From positions 1-63,677 of the IMG/VR virus record IMGVR_UViG_3300032883_000356: a stretch of 63,677 nt of DNA; one strand, written 5' to 3'. Below are positions 46,181-54,650 of this stretch, in pieces (within the stretch, counting starts at the first letter, position 1; the number at the start of each line of letters is the position of its first letter). Made by a program: the position numbers and the translations under genes. The notes under the pieces are model-generated. The model saw only the letters and a program-made list of their open reading frames with translations. It was not told the DNA's origin and ran no database searches. This DNA is from a virus (Duplodnaviria > Caudoviricetes).

Positions 46181-46831
46181 CTACACCTTCTCTGTCAATA
46201 CCAGATACTGCTGTTCCCCAACCGATACTGGCAAACTCATTTGCCCTATCTTAATAGAGCTATCACACCAAGATCGAAATCCGAGTTCACGAGCCCGCTT
46301 ACAAAATTCCACATCTTCACCATAGGGCAAACCAGCAGAGCCTCCCCAGATGGGTATATCCATCGCTTTTAGTACCTCTGTCTTGATCAACATCACACCA
46401 GTGCCGCTTCCACCCGGTGTTTCAAATAAAGCATTTTCTGGATAGTCATATATCGGAACGTAGTTTCCTAGTTCATCAATATCAAATATTAACGGTTCAA
46501 TTGGCGGGGTTGATCTAAAAAATAATGGCGATACTATATCAACATCATGAACTAGCAGTTTATCGATGAGGCCTGGAACAACAACCATGTCATCATCAAT
46601 AAGCAAAAGAAAGTCTGCACCACCCTCTATGGCAGTATGTGAGGCTGTATTTCTGGCTATAATTGTTTTCATTTTTGGACCTGGCACACACCATCTAACT
46701 TCATACTTTCTAATAGTTTCTGCGTAACCAGTGTATTGTGAGAATATTAAAAAACGGATAAATGGTTCTGGTTGGACAGAATGATAAACCGGTACCGCTA
46801 TTAAGATCTTTGGTATGTTTTTACTTGACAT
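46181..46831 (-). CDS. GT-A glycosyltransferase within the virion gene cluster
   Basis: KILIAVP, IARN, LLLIDDDM, GTGVMLIK.EVL, GEDVEFC; start moved to the ATG with a GGAG RBS. Confidence 0.85.
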   Translation of the reverse strand: MSSKNIPKILIAVPVYHSVQPEPFIRFLIFSQYTGYAETIRKYEVRWCVPGPKMKTIIARNTASHTAIEGGADFLLLIDDDMVVVPGLIDKLLVHDVDIVSPLFFRSTPPIEPLIFDIDELGNYVPIYDYPENALFETPGGSGTGVMLIKTEVLKAMDIPIWGGSAGLPYGEDVEFCKRARELGFRSWCDSSIKIGQMSLPVSVGEQQYLVLTEKV

Positions 46832-46853
46832 GTGGCGGCTCCTATGATATAAT
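46825..46853 (+). promoter_or_regulatory. Consensus sigma70 promoter for the inverted HNH gene
   Basis: TTGACA-N17-TATAAT with extended -10 TG. Confidence 0.8.
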
Positions 46854-46874
46854 ACATTTTGAAAGGATGGAATT

Positions 46875-47777
46875 ATGACACAAGATAGAATTATGAGAAA
46901 ATGTCCCGGATGTGAGACCGAATACGAAACATATATTAAACACAACGGAATGCCATATCGTGAATTTTGCAGTATGGCATGCTCTAATCGTTCTAGGGCT
47001 GAAAGGGCTGCTAATACACTTTGGGAAAAAAGACATGAGGTTGGCGATCTTAGAGCCCCAAGGAATGTCAATAAAATTTCTATAGAGGAGGATCTTGCTA
47101 TTAAAAATTCTCCAAAGCCGCTTTGTGCTTGCGGTTGTGGTCAACCAGTTAAAAGAATTGACAGAAAATACATATTCGGACACTACGCCAACGTTACAAG
47201 AACTACAAGAATTACAAAGCGGTGTCTGTGGTGTCAGAAAGAAATCGTAGTTGCTGAAAAGTACAAAGACAGACATAATTATTGCAGCAAAACATGTGAG
47301 ATGAAGCATAGAATGACAGGAACAAAAAGAACTGGGTGGGTAAAAAGAATTTGTCCAATTTGCCAATCTGAATATGAAACAACGGCTGGAGATCTTGAAT
47401 CCGGGCGGCGGGTTACCTGTTCTTATGCTTGTGGAATTGAGGCTAGTAGGAGAAGCAGGATTATTAGTCCTGATGGATATCCAACGGCTAGGGAACCACA
47501 AAGAGATCAAACTCTTCAATCTAGACAAAAATGTGATAATTGTGAGTATGGGGAAATTACCGACCTTCTGGTTATTCATCACATTGATCACAATCCAAGA
47601 AATGGCAATCCGGCCAATATCTTACTCCTGTGCCCTATGTGCCATGCAAAGGAACACCATAGACTAAAAACCGGATGGTTCACTGAAACTAAACATGGAT
47701 ACAAAAAAGATATTGGGTATACTGACAATATCGAAATACGGCAAGAAAACGGCACAGTTAACATAGATGAAATTTGA
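46875..47777 (+). CDS. HNH endonuclease with multiple zinc fingers, opposite to the structural operon
   Basis: CxxC...CS..C repeats, CACGCG, IHHIDHNPRN..PANILLLCPMCH..EH. Confidence 0.85.
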   Translation: MTQDRIMRKCPGCETEYETYIKHNGMPYREFCSMACSNRSRAERAANTLWEKRHEVGDLRAPRNVNKISIEEDLAIKNSPKPLCACGCGQPVKRIDRKYIFGHYANVTRTTRITKRCLWCQKEIVVAEKYKDRHNYCSKTCEMKHRMTGTKRTGWVKRICPICQSEYETTAGDLESGRRVTCSYACGIEASRRSRIISPDGYPTAREPQRDQTLQSRQKCDNCEYGEITDLLVIHHIDHNPRNGNPANILLLCPMCHAKEHHRLKTGWFTETKHGYKKDIGYTDNIEIRQENGTVNIDEI

Positions 47778-47805
47778 TTTCAAAGTACCCATAAGTCCTT
47801 TATTT

Positions 47806-48996
47806 CTAAGTATATCCGAAGACAGAATCTACATCGTGCGCTTGCCAATATGCGGCTCCGTGCTGAGTAAAAGGATAACGACTGAAAGCCCACTGAAGAT
47901 TCTGCATATACAAACTATCATCCGAAATCGCAGCCGCTTGTAAGTCTAGTTCGAATTGTTGAGCAAACGCTGAAGCGAGGGTGGGATCATAATATGGACT
48001 CTTTCGATTAAACATCATGACATCCGCAATCGCTCCATCAACAAGCAAGTGAGAAGGGATAGCTGGTGGTGGGGTATCCTCGTCATCAACCATATTATCT
48101 ACTGTGCGATAGGCCAAATATGGGAACCCCTGTTCCATACTTGGGGTTGGATAAAGTTCATACTGAAACCTGCCAATCTCGTCTGGAACATAATCATTAA
48201 GCATATATACCCATCCAGTAGTTTGTCGCCAGGTATCGTATGTATTTAAGACTTCCTGTGGCATGTTAAGTCGTAGTCTCCAGCCCTGTGCTGTATTAAC
48301 CACTGACCAAACCATTCGTAGGTTTTGTCCCAATGTAACATAAACTTGTACTATATTATAATTAGAACCAAGAGCGCTTGGATGTCCATATGGAAGATCT
48401 AGTATAAGCTGTTGAGATGAAGTAACAGCTCTTATGTTATAGAATGGTCTTACGGTTCCAAGCCTAAACTGTCGTCTAACCAGAGACGACTTACTTATAG
48501 TACATCCAACGGAATGGGCAATTCTTGGTTTCGCTTTAAAACTGGCTGGCCCGGCTGATATAACCAGAACTGGCTCCATCGATGGTGTTCCATCGTCAAA
48601 TAGAACCCAATCTCCGGTATCAATGTTAACCATTGAGCTAGGATAAACATCTTGATATTCACCAAGAAGTGTGATAGCCGTAGACAATACAGTAGTAAGT
48701 GGCACCAAATCGTCTACTGGCCATAATGTACTATGGCCAGTTACTATATTAGAACCCCTAGTAACGTCTACTGATCCAATAGGGTATGCTGCAGGAACGG
48801 ACAACTCTCCACGCACAAGAAGACCGCCCCACATTCTGCGATCTTGTACTTGACGCAAACGAGTATTTAGCCTACGCTTTGCTAGCTGAGCTGGGCAATC
48901 AGGATTGTACGAGAGAACATGGTCCACCATCTGGACAAAATTCTCCTGTACCATCGCTCCGCCCGCTAAGGGTTGAGTTGGTCCAGTGTATGGCAT
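47806..48996 (-). CDS. Head-tail connector/adaptor protein
   Basis: Downstream of the capsid genes; YELYPTP and V.V..GS..VTG..T.W motifs. Confidence 0.55.
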   Translation of the reverse strand: MPYTGPTQPLAGGAMVQENFVQMVDHVLSYNPDCPAQLAKRRLNTRLRQVQDRRMWGGLLVRGELSVPAAYPIGSVDVTRGSNIVTGHSTLWPVDDLVPLTTVLSTAITLLGEYQDVYPSSMVNIDTGDWVLFDDGTPSMEPVLVISAGPASFKAKPRIAHSVGCTISKSSLVRRQFRLGTVRPFYNIRAVTSSQQLILDLPYGHPSALGSNYNIVQVYVTLGQNLRMVWSVVNTAQGWRLRLNMPQEVLNTYDTWRQTTGWVYMLNDYVPDEIGRFQYELYPTPSMEQGFPYLAYRTVDNMVDDEDTPPPAIPSHLLVDGAIADVMMFNRKSPYYDPTLASAFAQQFELDLQAAAISDDSLYMQNLQWAFSRYPFTQHGAAYWQAHDVDSVFGYT

Positions 48997-49015
48997 GTTC
49001 CACTCTTATAGAACA

Positions 49016-49040
49016 GGCCGGAACTGTTTAGGTTCCGGCC
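49016..49040 (-). terminator. Rho-independent terminator after the capsid genes
   Basis: GGCCGGAAC-N7-GTTCCGGCC 9-bp stem followed by TGTTCTAT. Confidence 0.7.
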
Positions 49041-49048
49041 CATAAAGA

Positions 49049-49315
49049 CTAGTTGAATCCGTAAGCTATAATTGATACTGTTGGTGTTGGAAATCCAGCT
49101 ACGTCAAATGTAATAGTTCCACTTGGTGGTGGCGTTGATGGCAATACCGCACCAACTACCGAAGCAGCTGAAAATGAATTAACGCTAACATGTTCAACCA
49201 CTGATAGTCCGGTTTCAAATGTATCTCCATCACTTACCGCAACAAACACAGCTACAACACCATCGATATTTCCCAGATTCAATTTCCTGGAATAAAAAGG
49301 GGTTAAGACACCCAT
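49049..49315 (-). CDS. Small capsid-associated protein
   Basis: Second gene after the major capsid gene, beta-rich. Confidence 0.55.
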   Translation of the reverse strand: MGVLTPFYSRKLNLGNIDGVVAVFVAVSDGDTFETGLSVVEHVSVNSFSAASVVGAVLPSTPPPSGTITFDVAGFPTPTVSIIAYGFN

Positions 49316-49327
49316 GGTTTCACCCCC

Positions 49328-49873
49328 TTACCAAATCAAGTTCTGTAATAGAACCATGGTATATCCGGTTGATGGATCTGTTGGTTCGATAATCACACCG
49401 AACACACAATCAGTTACCACTGCTCCAAGAGCGATACTTGCTGCGTCAAATATAGCAGCACTACCAATCATCTTGTCACCTGCATTAGCAGGAGCGGTTA
49501 ATCTAACCGGTGTAATACCACCAACCTGGATAAATGTATAGTTACCTACATCCACTCCTGGATCAGGAAGTCTACCAATTCCTGCCAATGCGTTGATGCC
49601 GGCAATACTATCATCTGAATCTGGGCATACATCAAAGATACCCTTTACTGGATCAAGAGCATACCAGTATTCGGCATCAGCTAACCACATATTATCACCG
49701 ACATTACCGGTACCCTGTGGGTTAACATAATGCACATAACGATAAACATTGCCTTGGTGACGATACAGTACTCCAATAGGGCATAGTGGTTTTGGGTTAT
49801 TGGCCAAACCAGGTCCACCCTGAGGAATTTCAACAGTTTCTAACGTTCCAAAGGTATATAGTCCGTCTGTCAT
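49328..49873 (-). CDS. Capsid decoration/cement-like protein
   Basis: Directly after the major capsid gene; GNVYRYV and Y.FIQVGG motifs. Confidence 0.6.
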   Translation of the reverse strand: MTDGLYTFGTLETVEIPQGGPGLANNPKPLCPIGVLYRHQGNVYRYVHYVNPQGTGNVGDNMWLADAEYWYALDPVKGIFDVCPDSDDSIAGINALAGIGRLPDPGVDVGNYTFIQVGGITPVRLTAPANAGDKMIGSAAIFDAASIALGAVVTDCVFGVIIEPTDPSTGYTMVLLQNLIW

Positions 49874-49885
49874 ATTCTTCTCCTC

Positions 49886-50863
49886 TTATGCTACCACGCC
49901 GTTAAGTTTGAAGAACAAACGGGGTGCTGGAATCAAGATGTTACCGGCAAATAGGTATTGACCTGCAACATCATCAGTATTTTGAGCTTCTTTAAAACCT
50001 GTGAAGCCAAACTGATATTTAGGTAAAGTGCTGATCCAGAACTGGATATACTTGGTATTCAAACCAAAAATCTTTCCGGCTGGGCAGTACTGATCTACCG
50101 TAACTGAAGCACCATTCCAACGCAATGACTGGAATCCGATTTTGGCAACATCAGTAGATTCTTCCATAAATCTTTGCTGCGGAAGGATCTTGTTCCAAAT
50201 CAAGTTCCAAATCAACTGTGTGGTTGCGATCAAATCAATATGTTCATTACCAAACCACGCTGCACCATAGGCAAGCTGCATAGCCTGCATGTTGAAGATA
50301 GGTAGTGTATTTACATATGAATTGATTCCTTGATTATTAGTACCTGCTGGTACACCAAGATCGGTACGGGTAATTCCACCATAAGAGGCATATCCTCCAA
50401 GGCCACCGTTATCTAACGCCTGGTCGAAACCATCAAGATTGATAGTTCCGGAATTCACTCCGGTTCCATCCAAAAATATATCCGTACCAAGAAGTTTGGC
50501 CATTTTACCACTGGCATTAACCATCTTGGATTCAACGTAATTCATCGCAGCTTCTGGGCCGCGAGCAAGCACGTTGTCGGTTCCAAACAAGGTGATATTA
50601 ACATAGTAGTACTTTGGTACAACTTCAAGAGCTGTATCGGTTTGTACGTAACTGATGTTAAATGTTCCACCACGCTGGAACGCACCACCGTTCAATTCAG
50701 CAAATGCGATTGGGTGACGAATGCTCGTACCACCTTCAAATCGTTCTGCATTCCTTGTACGTAGGCGGGTAAAAACTGGTGAGCTTTTATACACGTTATC
50801 CACTAAGCGCGGAATAATGTGCTTGTTAACTTTACCAGTAATATCGTCCCATGTTAAAGGCAT
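49886..50863 (-). CDS. Major capsid protein (HK97 fold)
   Basis: 325 aa after the scaffold; LVDNVY.SSP, GG.SI..PI, YGGI.R, C-terminal GN....PR; strong AGGAGG RBS. Confidence 0.85.
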   Translation of the reverse strand: MPLTWDDITGKVNKHIIPRLVDNVYKSSPVFTRLRTRNAERFEGGTSIRHPIAFAELNGGAFQRGGTFNISYVQTDTALEVVPKYYYVNITLFGTDNVLARGPEAAMNYVESKMVNASGKMAKLLGTDIFLDGTGVNSGTINLDGFDQALDNGGLGGYASYGGITRTDLGVPAGTNNQGINSYVNTLPIFNMQAMQLAYGAAWFGNEHIDLIATTQLIWNLIWNKILPQQRFMEESTDVAKIGFQSLRWNGASVTVDQYCPAGKIFGLNTKYIQFWISTLPKYQFGFTGFKEAQNTDDVAGQYLFAGNILIPAPRLFFKLNGVVA

Positions 50864-51104
50864 AAATAAATTTAACCTCCTAAGGTTAAAGTTAAGTTGT
50901 TGATAAAAACAAACAAACGCAAATGTTATTGGGCTTCAATGGCTATATTTCAACCATTCACAATTGGCATCTACCTCTGCTTGTCTTACCTTCCAACTCT
51001 GGGCTCTGCCTTTATGGCTTCCCATCACCGGTTCGGGTAACGCTAGGAGTTAGGCCCCAGAAGAGAATAACCGATAGCCCTGGTCATCCTCTTCTGTATT
51101 ACAA
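50864..51104 (-). promoter_or_regulatory. Structured 240-nt intergenic region/leader of the capsid gene
   Basis: 15-bp stem at 51058-51096, 7-bp stem near 50938-50958, 8-bp stem at 50871-50890 covering the Shine-Dalgarno. Confidence 0.5.
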
Positions 51105-51986
51105 TTAAAACTTTCCTTCCGCACGAAGCTCTTGTCCAGCAAGAGTACCTAAACGGCCAGATCCATCGGCTTCGATTTCATCAGGAATTCCAGTTCCTTT
51201 TTTCTGAAGTCTCTGTTGTAGTGGTCCGATAACCGGTTCCCCACCTTCAACATAAGGAATATTCTGGGTTCTCAGCTTTTCCTTGTACTTTGCTTCAACT
51301 TCGATTTCAATGTCTTTACGAAGTTTAACAGCACGAGCTTCTTTAGTTACTTCCTCATAAGCTTGTGCTAAATTACCACCGCGCTTATGAGCTTCTTCAA
51401 TTAAATTCTTTCGATCAATATCTGTACCGAATTCTTGTCTGTGCTTATTCTGAAGATCGATAATATCTAGTAAAGCAGCACCAAGGGCATCACCACGTTT
51501 ATTAATTTCTTCTTCGAATTTTTCAGGTGTAATAAGTTTGCCTTCTTTGATCATTGCGTTAACTGATTCAACTGCTCCTGACAAACCATCAAGCCTTTTA
51601 TTGGCAGTCTCAAAATCTTTTCTTGCTGCAGCTAACTGCTTCTTAACTTCTGCTTCTTCTGCCGGTGATTCCAAACCGGACTCATGAACGGTTTCCAATG
51701 CAGCAACACGTTCATTTGCAGCTCTTAAATCGGCCTGGGCCTTTTCAAATTGATCCTTGGCACCCATAATTCCTTTGTTTGGGTTACCAAAAAACCATTC
51801 CTTGTTTTTTGCATGCTGTGCATCGTGCTCCGCTTTTGTAACATTGGCTTCATTCATCTTACGAGAATAGTCAGCTTGACGCAAACCATTATCGGACAAT
51901 TCGGTTAGTTCTTTCTTTCTCGCTTCTCGTTCAACTGGATCTGTAATCAAACCCAGAAGTTTTTCGAGTTCCGCTGAGAGTGGCAT
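51105..51986 (-). CDS. Capsid scaffolding protein
   Basis: Helical and charged; GLRQADYSRK motif; upstream of the major capsid gene. Confidence 0.75.
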   Translation of the reverse strand: MPLSAELEKLLGLITDPVEREARKKELTELSDNGLRQADYSRKMNEANVTKAEHDAQHAKNKEWFFGNPNKGIMGAKDQFEKAQADLRAANERVAALETVHESGLESPAEEAEVKKQLAAARKDFETANKRLDGLSGAVESVNAMIKEGKLITPEKFEEEINKRGDALGAALLDIIDLQNKHRQEFGTDIDRKNLIEEAHKRGGNLAQAYEEVTKEARAVKLRKDIEIEVEAKYKEKLRTQNIPYVEGGEPVIGPLQQRLQKKGTGIPDEIEADGSGRLGTLAGQELRAEGKF

Positions 51987-52008
51987 AATATATCCTCTTA
52001 CTCATTCA

Positions 52009-52028
52009 ATTATACAATCCCGAGTCCA
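52009..52028 (-). promoter_or_regulatory. Short-spacer promoter-like element
   Basis: TGGACT-cgggattg-TATAAT (8-nt spacer); palindrome ATCCAAC-A-GTTGGAT just upstream. Confidence 0.5.
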
Positions 52029-52054
52029 TTAGTATCCAACAGTTGGATTAATGG

Positions 52055-52459
52055 CTACCCTAGTGGCGGAACCCCGCCCCCAGTACCCGGAGGTGGAGGG
52101 GGAGGACCAGCGGTACCGGCTTCTGTCGGTCCACGTCCTGGTGTTGCCCCACCAGTTGGAGCAGTGCTAACGGCTGACACTCCTGTATCAATAATCTGCT
52201 GAGCCTTCTGGGCAAACGGAGCGAATAATGGTTCCGTACCCGCAATCTGCTCTAAAACTTTTTTAATTGCGTCCACCTGAGCCAAAAGAAATCCATGCGG
52301 ATTTGGTGCCCCAAGAGCTGCCCCCTGTGGCCCTGGTGCAGTATTTCTTTGCGCCAAGGTAGCAAGCCCACCACCCGATGGTGGTTTTTGTGGCATTCCC
52401 ATCTGCGTCTGGATATCTGGACTAGGCAATGGTGGCTGATCCATTCCAGGCAGTGCCAT
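52055..52459 (-). CDS. Pro/Gly-rich hypothetical protein
   Basis: Start overlaps the upstream stop; central helix with low-complexity flanks. Confidence 0.65.
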   Translation of the reverse strand: MALPGMDQPPLPSPDIQTQMGMPQKPPSGGGLATLAQRNTAPGPQGAALGAPNPHGFLLAQVDAIKKVLEQIAGTEPLFAPFAQKAQQIIDTGVSAVSTAPTGGATPGRGPTEAGTAGPPPPPPGTGGGVPPLG

Positions 52460-52644
52460 TATTCTACCTTACCCTTTTTACCAAGATCTGGCGTTTTTAC
52501 GTTTGCGCTCTTTGCTTCAGTTGCCAAAGGTGCAAATGTTGCCGGGGACTGAATTCCCGCTGGCTGCGTTTTGTCGCCATGGCCTTCGTAATCCTGACCT
52601 TCCAAAATTACGTTTCCACCTGCTCCTGCATCTTTCTTTGCCAT
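52459..52644 (-). CDS. Small hypothetical protein
   Basis: 61 aa, AAGGAG RBS. Confidence 0.65.
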   Translation of the reverse strand: MAKKDAGAGGNVILEGQDYEGHGDKTQPAGIQSPATFAPLATEAKSANVKTPDLGKKGKVE

Positions 52645-52667
52645 CTAAATACTCCTTAAAGTTAACG

Positions 52668-52841
52668 TTAACTTCGATCAGTTTTTCGCATACCGCGTTT
52701 AGCTGATCGATATTGCTTCAATTCCGAGGCCTGTTCTTTGGCTTCGGTAAGTCGTTCTTTTCGACTTCCTTTTCTTAGTGTCTTTACTAAATGCTCATGT
52801 TCACCAACAAGAGCTTTTTTGGACATTTGAATTTTGTCCAT
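52668..52841 (-). CDS. Small basic protein (57 aa, not in ORF track)
   Basis: MDKIQMSKKALVGEHEHLVKTLRKGSRKERLTEAKEQASELKQYRSAKRGMRKTDRS. Confidence 0.6.
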   Translation of the reverse strand: MDKIQMSKKALVGEHEHLVKTLRKGSRKERLTEAKEQASELKQYRSAKRGMRKTDRS

Positions 52842-52851
52842 AGAAGTCTAC

Positions 52852-52989
52852 TTATCCCTTTCGGGTATATATCCTAGAAGCCTTACGTCCTTTTGCCTTG
52901 CCACGCTTCTGGTACCTTGCGTACAGCATTTCTTCTTTGGCTTCCTTTGAGGGCGATTCCGCTGCTTCGTGTTTATCGCTCTTTTTCAT
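52852..52989 (-). CDS. Small basic protein (45 aa, not in ORF track)
   Basis: MKKSDKHEAAESPSKEAKEEMLYARYQKRGKAKGRKASRIYTRKG; TAATG coupling with the upstream gene. Confidence 0.6.
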   Translation of the reverse strand: MKKSDKHEAAESPSKEAKEEMLYARYQKRGKAKGRKASRIYTRKG

Positions 52990-53204
52990 TACCTTCTCCC
53001 CTTTGATCTAGAAGTTTTTCTAGATTTATCTTTCCTTGCTTGACCGGACTCTGAAAGGGCAATCGCTTCTGCCTGAGCCCTGGATTTAACAACCGGTCCT
53101 GTTTTAGATCCACTATGTAACGAGCCACGTTTAAACTTACCCATTTCTTCGTGAACTCGTTCTTGTTTGGCTTCTCTTGAAGCTCCTGGTCCCAATTTAG
53201 GCAC
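52989..53204 (-). CDS. Small basic protein (DUF6496-like)
   Basis: EMGKFKRGSLHSGSKTGPVVKSRAQAEAIALSE motif. Confidence 0.7.
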   Translation of the reverse strand: MPKLGPGASREAKQERVHEEMGKFKRGSLHSGSKTGPVVKSRAQAEAIALSESGQARKDKSRKTSRSKGRR

Positions 53205-53457
53205 GGCTTATATTCCTCGCCATAACTTTTCTACCAGCCCTTGCTAACATTCTTGGTTGCTCGGTAGTCTCATCTCCATCATCTAGGCCTATAATTGCGC
53301 TGTGTTCTGTTTTTATTCTACTCATTGCCTTTGAATGACGATTTTTATTTGACCTTAACTCAGCATACCTTCTAATTTTGTCAGCATCATCCCGAACCTG
53401 ATAGTCTTCATCTGGAGTAGAAATTGATGGAATTGTTTTTCTGTTTTTTCTTGCCAT
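53197..53457 (-). CDS. Small hypothetical protein
   Basis: 86 aa, GAGG RBS, basic C-terminus. Confidence 0.6.
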   Translation of the reverse strand: MARKNRKTIPSISTPDEDYQVRDDADKIRRYAELRSNKNRHSKAMSRIKTEHSAIIGLDDGDETTEQPRMLARAGRKVMARNISRA

Positions 53458-53470
53458 CTATAAATCCTCG

Positions 53471-53522
53471 GATATTGCCAAGAATCGAGCGGATGAGTAA
53501 AAACTCAATCCTTGGCAATATC
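53471..53522 (-). other. 19-bp RNA hairpin over the GIY-YIG stop codon
   Basis: GATATTGCCAAGGATTGAG pairs fully with CTCGATTCTTGGCAATATC using two G-U pairs on the minus strand. Confidence 0.65.
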
Positions 53523-54098
53523 ACTCGGGAGTTTGCCGTCCCTTATAGAATACCATTGTTTGTCAATACCCCAGATACTTTTTCCTCTTTTCCCATTAAC
53601 GGTCAAACGGATAGCGTCACAAGAAACATTAAATATTTTTGCTATACGAGCACATGAAACACCTTGAGCGTGCATCATTACTATATTTCTTCTTTGAGAA
53701 TCTGACAATTTTGATTTTGGATGCCTAGAACCATAGAACGGATTTTTATTTCCAATCTTAGCAGCCCGCATTTTCTCTATCGCTTCTGCACTAAATTTAC
53801 GGCCAGGCGTTCCGTCACCACCATCAGTAAGATTGGTTAGCTTGGCCCCTGTTTGTTTAAATCCTAAAATCCATGCCTTCTCAGCATCTTCTCGCTGATT
53901 ATCGTCACATTCTTCCAAAATTTCAACAATTGGTTTTAAATTATTAGAAATCAAGGATTTAATCCAACAAGTTTTATAGGTATTATCATCGAAATATAAA
54001 TGATCAGTCATGCGATGTTTTAAATTATTCGTTACCCCAACGTATCTTGGTTCCATATTTCTTGGATCACTTAAAAGATATATAAAATTTACACTCAT
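53505..54098 (-). CDS. GIY-YIG homing endonuclease with NUMOD3/HTH
   Basis: FIYLLSDPR...RYVGVT...R...H, E..WI, LTNLTDGGDG, KIGNKNPFYG. Confidence 0.9.
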   Translation of the reverse strand: MSVNFIYLLSDPRNMEPRYVGVTNNLKHRMTDHLYFDDNTYKTCWIKSLISNNLKPIVEILEECDDNQREDAEKAWILGFKQTGAKLTNLTDGGDGTPGRKFSAEAIEKMRAAKIGNKNPFYGSRHPKSKLSDSQRRNIVMMHAQGVSCARIAKIFNVSCDAIRLTVNGKRGKSIWGIDKQWYSIRDGKLPSDIAKD

Positions 54099-54102
54099 CC
54101 CA

Positions 54103-54282
54103 TTATCTACGATTCTTTTTACGAGAAAGTTTCCTAACTACAACCTCACCCTTATGAAGTTTAGCCACTCCTGTTTTCTTAACTCTTCCACCTTTGTGAT
54201 AACCGCCAGCCCCTATAGGAGTACCGCTATTAGCAACGGCTGGTACATTAGCAGATAATTGTCCTGATTCACCCTCTGGCAT
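54103..54282 (-). CDS. Small basic protein with KGGRVK/HKGE module (59 aa, not in ORF track)
   Basis: MPEGESGQLSANVPAVANSGTPIGAGGYHKGGRVKKTGVAKLHKGEVVVRKLSRKKNRR; GAGG RBS. Confidence 0.7.
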   Translation of the reverse strand: MPEGESGQLSANVPAVANSGTPIGAGGYHKGGRVKKTGVAKLHKGEVVVRKLSRKKNRR

Positions 54283-54284
54283 AA

Positions 54285-54641
54285 CTACCTCGAACTCTTT
54301 CTAGTTTTCTTTCTAGAAGTTTTACGTACAACAGACTCACCTTTGTGTACCAGTGCGGGTCCAGTTTCTTTTACCCTTCCACCCTTTCTGTACTGTTGCA
54401 TCGTTTGAGCACCCTGCTCAGCTCTTTCTTTACGTAAAAGATCCATGCCCATCTTGCGAGCTTGTAGTTCATGGTCAGACAAAAGTTTCGAGTAATCATC
54501 TTGGAGTGGTCCTGGGTTGGCTGGTTGACCTGTAATAGTTCGCGCACCATGATACGCTTTAAATTCTGATAACTTTTTATCTGCATAAGCCAACCAGTCG
54601 GTAGATTTACCAGATTTCGGTAATGATTCGTTTTCGGCCAT
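54285..54641 (-). CDS. Small basic protein with KGGRVK/HKGE module
   Basis: YRKGGRVKETGPALVHKGESVVRKTSRKKTRKSSR. Confidence 0.7.
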   Translation of the reverse strand: MAENESLPKSGKSTDWLAYADKKLSEFKAYHGARTITGQPANPGPLQDDYSKLLSDHELQARKMGMDLLRKERAEQGAQTMQQYRKGGRVKETGPALVHKGESVVRKTSRKKTRKSSR

Positions 54642-54650
54642 AACTTTCTC

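Noticed and set aside
46832-47591. Minus-strand ORF 46842-47591 and the long N-terminal extension of 46181-47071
   Set aside because: Antisense shadows of the plus-strand HNH gene; the glycosyltransferase has a good RBS at ATG 46831
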